Shown here in pieces: positions 1 to 8,599 of a DNA stretch of 64,000 nucleotides; the stretch's first letter is position 1; the number at the start of each line of letters is the position of its first letter. The DNA lies in NCBI GenBank assembly GCA_965204675.1, contig OZ242003.1, positions 5,803,996 to 5,867,995 of the forward strand. The letters are read 5' to 3'. The notes beneath the pieces were generated by a model that was not told the DNA's origin, ran no database searches, and was given only the letters and a program-made list of their open reading frames with translations. The translations under genes were made by a program, and so were the position numbers. This DNA is from Vicinamibacterales bacterium (GTDB lineage: Bacteria > Acidobacteriota > Vicinamibacteria > Vicinamibacterales > UBA8438).

Positions 1-239
1 GCCAGGGGCGGCCATCGTCTCCCGCGCCAGTCGTGCGGCTGCCCGCCGCTACGATGTCCTTCCAGCAGTGCGCGGCGAGCAGCGCGATGTCCCGCCCGCG
101 CTCACGCAACGCCGGAGCAGTGAGCCCCGACAGTCCCGAGGATTGCTGGAGCCGCGCCGGCAAGCGACACCGCCCGCAGCACTGTCCCGACAACCTCCCT
201 CCCGGCCGCGACCCCAAACGTGGCGGCAAGCGACGCGCA

Positions 240-423
240 CCCTCCGCGTGCCTGAGTAACGCCCCCCTGCCGAACTGCCCCGGCGAGCACGCCGCCGACC
301 TCCAGCCGACAGTCCTTGCGCGACCAGCGGAGAGCATCTCAGGCGACGCTTGGCGGCCACCGGAAACGCGCCTGAGTTCCTGCCCCCGGAGAGCCTGAGT
401 TCCTGCCCCCAGGCCGGAAACGC
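240..423. repeat. Cluster of iterated short motifs: GCCTGAGTTCCTGCCCCC x2 (370-387, 393-410), CCGGAAACGC x2 (360-369, 414-423), further CCTGAG(T/C) copies at ~250, ~453, ~555
   Basis: Read directly from the sequence. No convincing ORF covers the region. Confidence 0.6.
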
Positions 424-553
424 CCGAGGGTCGACGTACGCCGTACCCCGGACCCTGAGTCGCTAGGGAACGAGAGACGTCAAGTCCAATCATCACAGTA
501 GCTTGGAGCGAAACTCGGATCGCCCGGGGGCTAGCCCCCGAACCGGTTGAAGT

Positions 554-650
554 ACCCTGAGCGACCCCGGCCCGGGCCGTAAGACTCCCTGCCCCCACAC
601 GAACGGGGGCAGCGCGTCTCACGCCCGAACCGGCCGGGGTCGCTCAGGGT
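554..650. repeat. Nested inverted repeat / long hairpin. Outer 19-nt arms ACCCTGAGCGACCCCGGCC (554-572) / GGCCGGGGTCGCTCAGGGT (632-650); inner arms CTGCCCCC (589-596) / GGGGGCAG (605-612)
   Basis: Both stems are perfectly complementary when read from the sequence. Function unknown. Confidence 0.6.
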
Positions 651-1090
651 GCATTCTTCCCTGCGGGGAAGGCTGTCAACGACCGCGGGCTCGTGGTCGT
701 TGTCCGACCACGACGGCATCGGAAATGTCACGCAGTCGGCACCGAGCCGAACGACAGCCCGGTAGCACCCGCCGGGCGCGGCCGGCGGCAAGGGGTTCAA
801 GGTGGAGGACAGCCAGCACGGCCCGCGAGCGTCCCTCGCCCTTCGACATCGCCGGTTCCCTGTGCTGCCGGTCGAGCAGATCGCGGATCATCCCAGCTGC
901 GAAGCCGGCCGGTCAGAGCCGGCACGGGGACGGCTGGCGATGAAGTCGAGCACTTCCTGTTCAACCCAGCGAGCGTGGCCGGATGCCGTACGCCGGACGA
1001 GTTGGGACGGACGCTTGGCGCTCCCGCGCCTCCTGCACCGAGACGAGGGGGGAAGCCGCTCACCAGAGGCCGATGTCGGAGTCGGCTGCG

Positions 1091-1342
1091 TCACGATTCG
1101 CGTCCGCGACCGAGGCAGCCGCCGCGACCGCCGAACGACTGTCGGCTTGGCGGTAAGCGCTCTCCGTCGCATCTGCGGGTATCGACCCATTCATCGACGA
1201 CCTCCTGCGGCCAGCGAGGGTCGCCATTGGGGAGTCGAATCGGTGCGGCCGGGAACACCCGATCCTCCAGCATCTTGTACACGGTCGACCGCGAGACGCC
1301 TAGCTGACCGGCCACTTGCCTGACCGTCAAGAGCTGCGCCAT
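1091..1342 (-). CDS. AlpA/excisionase-family helix-turn-helix DNA-binding protein
   Basis: Translation 'MAQLLTVRQVAGQLGVSRSTVYKMLEDRVFPAAPIRLPNGDPRWPQEVVDEWV' matches the AlpA/Xis MerR-like HTH pattern. ATG at 1342 is preceded by GGGAGG 8 nt upstream. The C-terminal tail is uncertain. Confidence 0.7.
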   Translation of the reverse strand: MAQLLTVRQVAGQLGVSRSTVYKMLEDRVFPAAPIRLPNGDPRWPQEVVDEWVDTRRCDGERLPPSRQSFGGRGGCLGRGRES

Positions 1343-1528
1343 CACCAGTACCTCCCATTCGTCACGGCACGCTGCCCGGCCAGGCGCCGAGGCGAAAATG
1401 GAGAGATCGACCTCGCCGCGCGATCCCGACGCGGCTGCCCGGCAATTCGTATATATACCGAAAATGATGGATCGTGATCACGAGTCCAGTCAAGCGCCGT
1501 TCGCGTTGGGAGGCGGTATACTTTCAAC
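1343..1528. promoter_or_regulatory. Divergent intergenic control region between the excisionase-like and repressor-like genes
   Basis: Locally AT-richer stretch with palindromes GTATATATAC (~1449-1458) and CGTGATCACG (~1482-1491), plus a GGTATAC half-site near 1515. Promoters and operators are inferred only. Confidence 0.35.
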
Positions 1529-2533
1529 GTGGCGACCATCGATTTCGCGGAGGCGGTCCGGCGGCGGCTCGCCGAAAGAGGACAATCCCAGTACCGGGCC
1601 GCGGTCAACAGCGGCCTGCCGCAGGACGCGATCCGCTCGGTCTTGAACGGGCACGTCCCCCGCCTGAACCGCGTCGAGCAGATCTGCCGCGCCCTCGGCC
1701 TGGAGCTCTACATCGGTCCGCCGCGGGATGTTCAGGTCGAGGCCGACGGCGGAGAACCGTCCCGCCCGCTGACGCGCTTCGACTCGAGCGTCCAACTGCC
1801 GGTGCGGGTGCTGTCGCAGCCGTCGCCGGAGGTCTTCCTGATGGAGAGCGAACAGCAGGATCAGACGAGGCCGGCGCCGGTGGATCTGGACGACCCGCAG
1901 GCGTTCTACGTGAGCTACTACGGCTACTCGATGGTCCCGACCGGCATCGGGTCGGCGGATTTCTGCCTCGTCTCTCCGTGCGCGAAGCTCGAACCCGGTC
2001 AGCGGATCTGGCTCCGGGACCGGAAGGGGCGCGAAGGGCTGCGGTGGCTGCTCAGGCTGACGGCGACCACCTACGAGGTGGCCGCCTGGGACACGCCCAA
2101 GCCGAACGGCCACCAGGACCTGGTCACGGAGCGTTGGGAACGCAAGGACGTCGACGACCGCGGTGTCATCCTGGCCGTGTACCGCGGTTGGCTCGATTCG
2201 TCGGACCCGGTGTTCCGGCTTCCCGACTGGCACCCTGGCCGGCTCACCGGCTTGTGGCGGGCGCTGTTCGACGAGGAACCGGAGCTCCAGGCTGCGGTGG
2301 CGGAGCATCTCGAAGAGACGGCCTCCTCCTTCAACCGGCGGATCACGGGCTGGCTCGAGCAGGGTTCGGTCCAGCGCTCCGACATGCAGGATCTCCTGCA
2401 GCAGGTCGAGAGCGTGAAGCAGTTGGCGCAGTTGCTGTCCCGGCGCTCGGACGCGTCTCTCGACGAGTCCGGCGCACGTGACGAAAAGTTGACCGGCCCA
2501 CCGACGGGCGCGGGTACGAGGAGGGGGCGGTGA
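1529..2533 (+). CDS. CI/LexA-like repressor: XRE-type HTH plus S24 peptidase-like domain with an extra ~100 aa C-terminal extension
   Basis: N-terminus 'FAEAVRRRLAERGQSQYRAAVNSGLPQDAIRSVLNGHVPRLNRVEQICRALGLELYIG' is an XRE HTH. 'YYGYSMVPTGIGSADFCLVSP...GQRIWL' resembles the S24 Ser-containing motif. GTG start; the RBS is distant. Confidence 0.7.
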   Translation: MATIDFAEAVRRRLAERGQSQYRAAVNSGLPQDAIRSVLNGHVPRLNRVEQICRALGLELYIGPPRDVQVEADGGEPSRPLTRFDSSVQLPVRVLSQPSPEVFLMESEQQDQTRPAPVDLDDPQAFYVSYYGYSMVPTGIGSADFCLVSPCAKLEPGQRIWLRDRKGREGLRWLLRLTATTYEVAAWDTPKPNGHQDLVTERWERKDVDDRGVILAVYRGWLDSSDPVFRLPDWHPGRLTGLWRALFDEEPELQAAVAEHLEETASSFNRRITGWLEQGSVQRSDMQDLLQQVESVKQLAQLLSRRSDASLDESGARDEKLTGPPTGAGTRRGR

Positions 2534-2713
2534 CGAAGCCTGCCCTCGCGTGACGGAGCCCGGCGGCGGTGTCCCCGCCGGCCGATTCCGTCGTCCTCGA
2601 CGACCTGCCCTTCCGCTCACTTCCCACCACCGGCTCGACACTGACGCCCCCTCACGAACAGCGGCCACCCGGCGCCGGTTCGGTGACCGTCCGGCGACCG
2701 GCCGCCCGAGTCC

Positions 2714-3247
2714 TCATCGTTCATCGGGCGGCGCCTGCGCGTTGACGCGGTCGAGCATCGCGCCGATCAGGGAGGTTGCCTTCGCCTTGCCGAGCTTCTC
2801 GAGCTCGGGCTCGTCGGGGTCGACGCCGAACTCCCGCGCGAGTTCGGGATGCTCCTCGACGAGGTTGGCCAACAACTTCCTCTGCCGGGGCGTGATTGGG
2901 GCCGACCGTGAGGCCGCCGGCTCGGCCTCACCTGCCTCGGTGGCGTCGGCGGACGGCTCTCCGTCGAGTCCGAAGAGGGCACGGTCGTCGGGCCGCGTCA
3001 GGGCCTGAATCTGCTCCTCGAGCCAGTCGAGGCTGATGTCGGTCTGCGATGTCTGTGCCGCCCGAACGATGGCCCCGATGATGATCTTGCGCCGGGTCTC
3101 CCGCTTGCGTTCCGCCTTCATCTCGTGCGTCTGAAGTTGACGCAGCTGATCCGCGAGTCGCTTGTCGGCGTCCCTCGTCTTGGCCGCCAACTCCTGCCGC
3201 CGCTTCTTGATCTTCGCGATCTGAGCCGTACGTCTTGACGTCTGCAT
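2714..3247 (-). CDS. Relaxosome accessory protein (MobC/TraD-like), divergent from the relaxase
   Basis: Coiled-coil N-terminus with 'ERKRETRRKIIIGA', as in small TraD/MobC-type mobilisation accessory proteins. Its position is the same as mobC relative to oriT and mobA in RSF1010-type modules. Confidence 0.55.
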   Translation of the reverse strand: MQTSRRTAQIAKIKKRRQELAAKTRDADKRLADQLRQLQTHEMKAERKRETRRKIIIGAIVRAAQTSQTDISLDWLEEQIQALTRPDDRALFGLDGEPSADATEAGEAEPAASRSAPITPRQRKLLANLVEEHPELAREFGVDPDEPELEKLGKAKATSLIGAMLDRVNAQAPPDER

Positions 3248-3339
3248 TGGTCAAGCATATATCATGAATCCAGGCGGTCAGAAATATGGACAAATACGTA
3301 CAAAACCGGACACCACTACCCGGGGATCCACAGCGCCAA

Positions 3340-3400
3340 CTGAAAAACCCCCGAAACCCGAAGGGCGCACTTACCGGTTTCGCTGTGCGAAACCGACGTG
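3340..3400 (-). other. oriT candidate (MOBQ, RSF1010/R1162-like nick region)
   Basis: The minus strand reads GGTTTCGC-ACA-GCGAAACC followed immediately by GGTAAGTGCGCCCT. That is an inverted repeat followed by the conserved MOBQ nick-region core as I recall it (GGTAAGTGCG/CCCT). The predicted nick lies between nt 3366 and 3365 on the minus strand. Confidence 0.65.
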
Positions 3401-3434
3401 CGACGAGACGCCTGAGGCGTAAAGGCACGCGCGC

Positions 3435-5978
3435 ATGTATTGCCACGTCAACGTGAAGACGGGCAGCCGCGGCACCGGCCAGTCGGCGGCGGCGAAGTAC
3501 GACTACATCAGCCGCGCCGGCAAGTACGAGGCGGCTTTCCAGGACGAGGTGGTGCACCTCGAGTCGGGCTGCATGCCGTCCTTCGCGTCGGCGGACGCGC
3601 GGCTGTACTGGGCGGCGGCCGACTGCCACGAGCGGAGCAACGGGCGCCTTTTCCGCTCGCTGACGGCGGCGCTGCCCAACTCGCTCGACTTCGCGGGGCG
3701 GCTCGATCTGGCGCGGACCTTCGCGGCGCGGGTGACGGCGGGCGAGTTGCCGTACACGCTCGTTCTGCACGCGGGGCTGTCGAAGGTGGCGGGCAAGCCG
3801 GACAACCCGCACCTTCACCTGGTGTTCTCGGAGCGGGTGAACGACGGGGTGGAGCGGGCGGCGGAGCAGTGGTTCCGGCGCGCGGCTCCGAAGGGGGGCG
3901 ACCCGGCGGCGGGCGGTGCGAAGAAGAGCGAGCGGACGAAGCCGCGGGCCTGGTTGGAGGAGACGCGTGAAGCGTGGGCGGCGGAGATGAACGTGGCGTT
4001 CGACCGGGCCGGCGTGTCGGACCGGGTGACGTCGGAGAGCCACGCCACGCAACTGGCGCGGGCGCGCGAGGCTGGCGACGCGGCGGAGGAGGAACGTCTT
4101 CTGCTGAACCCGCCGTCGGAGCACATCGGGCCGGCGGCGAAGCACCGCTGGGAGGACCGGTCGCCGGACGAGAAGCCGGACCGGGTTGTCGCGTACGAGG
4201 AGGCGTCGGCTTCGGCCCGGGAGGTCCGGTCGGCGCACGCGCGGGACGCGGCGGAAGCGGCCGAGGGGAGGCGGAGGCTCGAGGTGCTCGACGCGGAGAT
4301 CGCGGCGCTGGAGGCGGAGCAGCGGCGAGCCGAAGCGGCGGCCCGGCGCGAAGCGACCGCACGCCGCGAAGCGGAGCGGGCCCGGGCCGAGGCGCAGTGG
4401 GCGAAGCGCGAAGAGGAGAGGAAAGCCCGGCGAACGGCTCTCGTCCGCCTGCCCGGGGGCGTGGAGCTGTACCTCGCAAACCTGGCCGACCTCGATCCGA
4501 AGTGGAACGTGGACGGCAACGACGCGACGACGGGCGGGAACATCGATGCGGCCCTCGACGCCGCCGAGTCGGACGACACGCGTCTCGGCCGGCTTCGCGA
4601 CGTGCTGTCGGACGAGGCGGCCGACGCCCGGTTCCGTCGGGAGCTCGGCAGGCGCGGCGGGCGGTTCGGGACGGTGGATCTCGACGACGCCCTCGCGACG
4701 GCCGAGCGAGATCGGGAAGAGCGGCGTCAGGCCGAGGCCGCGCAGCGCCAGCGGCGGGCGGCCACCGGGCAGCGCGTCTCTCGCCTGGAGCGGCTGTTCG
4801 ACGCCCCCGGGGGAGGCGAGGCGTTCTTCGCGGCCCTCGACGCGCAGCATCCGTCGTGGCGGCGGACGGGGACTCGCCCGAGCGACATCGACAGCGCGCT
4901 CGATGTCGCCGAGCGCGGCCGTGACGCCGACGAGCCGCCGCCGTGGCGGCATCGGCTGGTCCTCGAGGCGGAACGGACGTTTCCCGACGCCGCCAGCGCG
5001 GCGTGGCGGGACGCGGGCGCCGGGTTCAACCGGTCCACCGAGACCGCCCGGCAGGCCGGGAGCGTATCGCAGACGCTCTCGGATCGCGCCCGCGCCCGGG
5101 CGCTCGCGGCCGAGCGGCCCGAGCCGCCGGCGTCACGCGGCCTGGTGAAGCGGCTGTTCGCGTGGCTGCGGGAGCGAGTTCAGAAGATGCTGGGCAGGCT
5201 TCGCCCGTCGAAGCCGGCGCACCATCAGGATCGTTCTGCGGGCGGCGATGCCGAACCGACACGGGCCGTCGCAGCCGAGCGGGAGTCGGCGGAGTGGGAG
5301 CCGGCGGAGCGGGACTTGGCCGGCCAGTTGATCACCGCGGCCAGCACGGCCGCCCGGCAGTGGGGGAACACCACCCTAGCCACGGACACCCTCATCGCTG
5401 CCGCGGCGTCGATCGGCACTCGGCCGGGGACGCTGGCGTCACAGCGGGCGGTCCTCGAGCAGATCAACTGGGAGACGGCGCCCTCGGTCGGTCGCTCGAC
5501 CGAGGCTGGCGGATTGAGACACCGCTGCCTGGTTGAGAAGCGCGCGGCGGCCGACGAACGCCATCGCCAGGCTCTCGACGAGTGGAGCGCCCTGCCGCGT
5601 CGGCGGCGCTGGATGACCCGAAAGCCGGAACGAGAGCGTCCCGGCCCGCCGAGCCGGCAAGAAGTCGAGGTCGCTCGTGGCGAGCTGTTCGGCGTTGTCA
5701 GGACGGCAATGGCCGCCGAGCTCGAGCGGGTCATGCCGAGGCCGCGGCCGCCCTCGGGGCCCGCCGGAACATCGCCGGTCGAGACCGTGCGGCGGCACGA
5801 CGCGCCCTCGCCGCCTTCGAGGGCGCCACTCCGGAGCGATGGCGAGGTCGAGCGTCCCGCCGAGGGGAACCGTCCGGTTCGGATCCCGAGCGGGGACACG
5901 TCGTCCAGGCCGGCGCAGGCAACGTCGCCGCCCGGGCACCCGCCGCGGCGGGACCGGGGCCATGAACCGAGCTTCTGA
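3435..5978 (+). CDS. mobA: MOBQ-family relaxase (MobA/MobL-type) with a long Ala/Arg/Glu-rich C-terminal region
   Basis: N-terminal 'MYCHVNVKTGSRGTGQSAAAKYDYISRAGKY' has the catalytic Tyr region. 'GKPDNPHLHLVFSERV' is the HxH metal motif typical of MobA/MobL relaxases. The C-terminal end is less certain because of low complexity. Confidence 0.85.
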   Translation: MYCHVNVKTGSRGTGQSAAAKYDYISRAGKYEAAFQDEVVHLESGCMPSFASADARLYWAAADCHERSNGRLFRSLTAALPNSLDFAGRLDLARTFAARVTAGELPYTLVLHAGLSKVAGKPDNPHLHLVFSERVNDGVERAAEQWFRRAAPKGGDPAAGGAKKSERTKPRAWLEETREAWAAEMNVAFDRAGVSDRVTSESHATQLARAREAGDAAEEERLLLNPPSEHIGPAAKHRWEDRSPDEKPDRVVAYEEASASAREVRSAHARDAAEAAEGRRRLEVLDAEIAALEAEQRRAEAAARREATARREAERARAEAQWAKREEERKARRTALVRLPGGVELYLANLADLDPKWNVDGNDATTGGNIDAALDAAESDDTRLGRLRDVLSDEAADARFRRELGRRGGRFGTVDLDDALATAERDREERRQAEAAQRQRRAATGQRVSRLERLFDAPGGGEAFFAALDAQHPSWRRTGTRPSDIDSALDVAERGRDADEPPPWRHRLVLEAERTFPDAASAAWRDAGAGFNRSTETARQAGSVSQTLSDRARARALAAERPEPPASRGLVKRLFAWLRERVQKMLGRLRPSKPAHHQDRSAGGDAEPTRAVAAERESAEWEPAERDLAGQLITAASTAARQWGNTTLATDTLIAAAASIGTRPGTLASQRAVLEQINWETAPSVGRSTEAGGLRHRCLVEKRAAADERHRQALDEWSALPRRRRWMTRKPERERPGPPSRQEVEVARGELFGVVRTAMAAELERVMPRPRPPSGPAGTSPVETVRRHDAPSPPSRAPLRSDGEVERPAEGNRPVRIPSGDTSSRPAQATSPPGHPPRRDRGHEPSF

Positions 5979-6201
5979 CCCGACAGCCCACGCCCTCGTG
6001 GGCGAGTCGTTCGAGAAGGCAGAGGGCGAACGAGCGCCGGCGGGGCGCCATCCCGACCTCCCGGAATACGGCGCGTCAGGCGGCACAGGTGGGGGGGGGT
6101 CGGAGGTACGATCGCCCCCTCATGTGACCCCGACCCCTTGACCCTCGCCCCCGGTCCACCCGGCCGCTGTCGAAGACAGGCGGCCGGGGCGGGAAAATTT
6201 C

Positions 6202-6225
6202 GCGCGCGCTATGCGCGCTTTTTTT
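6202..6225 (+). terminator. Intrinsic terminator-like hairpin GCGCGC-GCTAT-GCGCGC followed by TTTTTTT. A second hairpin CTGCCCCGC-TGT-GCGGGGCAG lies at 6226-6246.
   Basis: Read directly. It is about 220 nt downstream of the relaxase stop codon. Confidence 0.55.
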
Positions 6226-6307
6226 CTGCCCCGCTGTGCGGGGCAGGGACGAAGACCCCGACCGGCAAGGGGCCGCCACGAACCTCCCCAGGGAAAGGAG
6301 AACGCGA

Positions 6308-6919
6308 ATGGACGAGGTGCGCCTCGACCCGCTGCAGGCGCCGGCGCGCGCCGAGCTGCTGCTGGGTGCCGACTTCGGGCAGGAGGCCCGTGGGCGCCCC
6401 ATCCACGGCAGCCTCGAGAGCGAGGACGGCGGCGCCGACGAGCCCAGGCCCAGGCTGAAGCTCGGCGCCGTCCGGACACGGCGGCTCGCGGTGAGCGAAG
6501 GCACCGACAGGCCCTCGGACAGCGCGTACGGGAACCCGCTCCGCGCTACGCGGGACACCGCGCCGGTCGTGCCCATCGGCGCGCCCGTGATCGCGAGGAC
6601 CGACATCCCCGACGCCCGCGGGTGGCGCGTCTACCGGGTGGCGCCGAACGGGGCCGTCATCTACGACGGGTGGATCGAGCACGACCCCGCCAACGCGGAG
6701 CTGGTGATCACCGAGCTGCGGGCGGCTGCGGCGACGAGCCCTGCGGCGGCGTTGCGGCGCGTGGTCGAAAGGCGGCCCGGCCACGCGAGCGCGCAAGCGA
6801 TCACGCGGTGGCTCGCCGGCCAGGAGACCGGGCGGCGGAGCGCCCCGGCGAAGCCCCGGTCGCGGGCGGCCCGGCGACGGTGGCGGCGCGCCCTCGCCCG
6901 GAAAGGCGGCCGCGCATGA
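6308..6919 (+). CDS. Hypothetical protein
   Basis: ATG at 6308 preceded by AAAGGAGA. The amino-acid composition looks protein-like. No recognisable domain. Confidence 0.5.
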   Translation: MDEVRLDPLQAPARAELLLGADFGQEARGRPIHGSLESEDGGADEPRPRLKLGAVRTRRLAVSEGTDRPSDSAYGNPLRATRDTAPVVPIGAPVIARTDIPDARGWRVYRVAPNGAVIYDGWIEHDPANAELVITELRAAAATSPAAALRRVVERRPGHASAQAITRWLAGQETGRRSAPAKPRSRAARRRWRRALARKGGRA

Positions 6920-6964
6920 CGTCCTTCACCGGGAACCGCGACGCCCTGCCAACCGTTGCCCGAT

Positions 6965-6994
6965 CACGCCGGCCGAAGGGCGGCGTGGTGCGGC
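6965..6994. repeat. 30-nt GC-rich hairpin element CACGCCGGCCGAAGGGCGGCGTGGTGCGGC, copy 1 (copy 2 at 9950-9979, 29/30 identical)
   Basis: The direct comparison shows a stem CCACGCCG(G)CC / GGCGGCGTGG with a GAAG loop. Confidence 0.7.
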
Positions 6995-7357
6995 GTCGAC
7001 GCCCGTACGTCGGCACGCCGCGGACGACACCGCTGGCGCGACCATCCTGACGACCGCCCACGACCACCGCATCACCGTCGCCTTCTGCGCCGTCCGCATC
7101 TCTCCACAGCCCACTCCACCGCGGTCGCCGCGGGCGCAAGCCTCGCCGTTATCCGTCAGAACGCCTCGTGACCACGGCCCACGCGGACCCGTCCCGCTCC
7201 GTGCCGACCCTGCGCGCGCCCCGCCACCAGCCCGCGGGAACCGCCGTCGGCCCGTCGATCCCCACCCATCTCGCCCCCCCGTAGGAACACCGTCCGGCAC
7301 TCGGCGCGGCCGGCGGGTTGGTCCCGTCCGCCGCACATCCCCGAAGAGAGGAGAACC

Positions 7358-7990
7358 ATGTCCGAACGAACCGTTCACCGGGTCGGCGCCAAGGTCGTCG
7401 TCCGCTCCATCGACAACGCCGGCTGCACGATGCGGGCGTTGACCGTCGAGTCGAAGCTGCGGCTGCAGGGGTCGGCCCTCGCCGCCGCGCTCGCCAGGCC
7501 CGATGTCCAGTCCACGCTGGCCGACGTCAGCTGGCGGACCGGCGCCGGTCACGTCACCGGCGTCTCGGTCGTCTACGGCGAGCCCGAGCCCCAGCTGGTC
7601 TCGGTGCGGGAAGCCGCCACCGGCGCGGTCGCCGAGGCCGAGGTGGTCTGGCAGGGCAGCGACGGCGCCCTCGACCAGGACCCCGAGGAGCTCATGCCCG
7701 AGGGGCCGCAGCGCACGCTTCTCGACTGGAAGAACCTCGGGAAGTACGCCCCGGACGTCGACGACCCGCGCACGGCGCCGTTGCCGGCGGACCGGGCGAC
7801 GCTGAGACGCCCGGGCCGGGTGTCGAGCGGACGCGGCTATCTGCGCCCGCCGCTCTCGGTCGACACCGTCGCGCGCATCTTCGAGCTCCGCGACCAGGGC
7901 CTCAGCTTCAAGAAGATCGGCAAGGCCCTCGGCATCGCGGCGTGGACCGTCTCGCGCTACGTCCGCAGCTTCGAGGAGGGAGGCCGATGA
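7358..7990 (+). CDS. Hypothetical protein with a C-terminal resolvase-type HTH
   Basis: Strong RBS GAGAGGAGAACC before the ATG. The C-terminus 'VARIFELRDQGLSFKKIGKALGIAAWTVSRYV' is HTH-like. Confidence 0.65.
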   Translation: MSERTVHRVGAKVVVRSIDNAGCTMRALTVESKLRLQGSALAAALARPDVQSTLADVSWRTGAGHVTGVSVVYGEPEPQLVSVREAATGAVAEAEVVWQGSDGALDQDPEELMPEGPQRTLLDWKNLGKYAPDVDDPRTAPLPADRATLRRPGRVSSGRGYLRPPLSVDTVARIFELRDQGLSFKKIGKALGIAAWTVSRYVRSFEEGGR

Positions 7991-8192
7991 CGAGGTGACG
8001 TGGACAACTGCTCCCGAGGCCCTGGCCGAGCTTCGCGTTCCATCGCCGAAGTGTCCCCGGACGAGGACTACGGCAGACGCGTGAGCGCCTGGAACGACAT
8101 GATCACCGGACCCGGGCCGACGCCGTGTACGATGTCGGGGTCGCGCGCGTGTCCGCCGCGGCTGGTCACCAGCGGCCCGCGGGACAGCCAGC

Positions 8193-8495
8193 ATGCCGAC
8201 CACCTACAGAGTCATCCTCGAAACCGAGACCCGCCCGCGTGAAGCCGCGGTCGCCCTCGACCACCTGCCCACCTTCCAGGTCGACGCACCGAACGTCGAC
8301 ACCGCCGCCCGGCTCGCACTGTCCCATCACATCGACAGCCGGACGACCCCGCCTCCCGCCGGGACGTCTTTCGGGCTCCTCGTGATCACGCCGCCGCCCC
8401 ACGACCCGAACGTGCCTCACCACGACCTCGACGACGAGGCCGAGATACACCGCCTCAACGTCGAGTACCGGCCCACCACAACCTCCGCGCACTGA
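8193..8495 (+). CDS. Hypothetical small protein
   Basis: ORF with plausible composition but a weak RBS. Confidence 0.35.
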   Translation: MPTTYRVILETETRPREAAVALDHLPTFQVDAPNVDTAARLALSHHIDSRTTPPPAGTSFGLLVITPPPHDPNVPHHDLDDEAEIHRLNVEYRPTTTSAH

Positions 8496-8599
8496 CCGCC
8501 CGTTTGCGCCCGGAGCAAGCACCCCGCCGCCACGCGAACCACGCCAACCGGCCGCTTGCCGACACGCTTTCGACCACGTTCCCCCATCGACCGCTTCAG

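Noticed and set aside
888-1190. Possible second AlpA/excisionase-like gene on the minus strand ('...ARWVEQEVLDFIASRP').
   Set aside because: Only the C-terminal 'W.EQEV..FI' signature is in this frame. The expected HTH part ('LVSVQEARER...') lies in another frame and is degenerate. At best it is a decayed remnant, and the evidence is too weak for a feature call.
2928-4952. Very long ORFs antisense to, or out of frame with, clear genes. Examples: 2928-4952(-), 6926-8203(-), 22940-25177(+), 25462-26913(-), 32364-35393(-), 33680-37741(+), 37958-41362(+), 42925-45882(-), 42948-46013(+), 55576-58062(-), 55806-58157(+), 58025-61603(-).
   Set aside because: Their translations are Arg/Pro/Gly/Ala-dominated with no recognisable motifs. 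They overlap genes that have strong family signatures on the other strand or frame. This is the usual open-frame artefact of high-G+C DNA.
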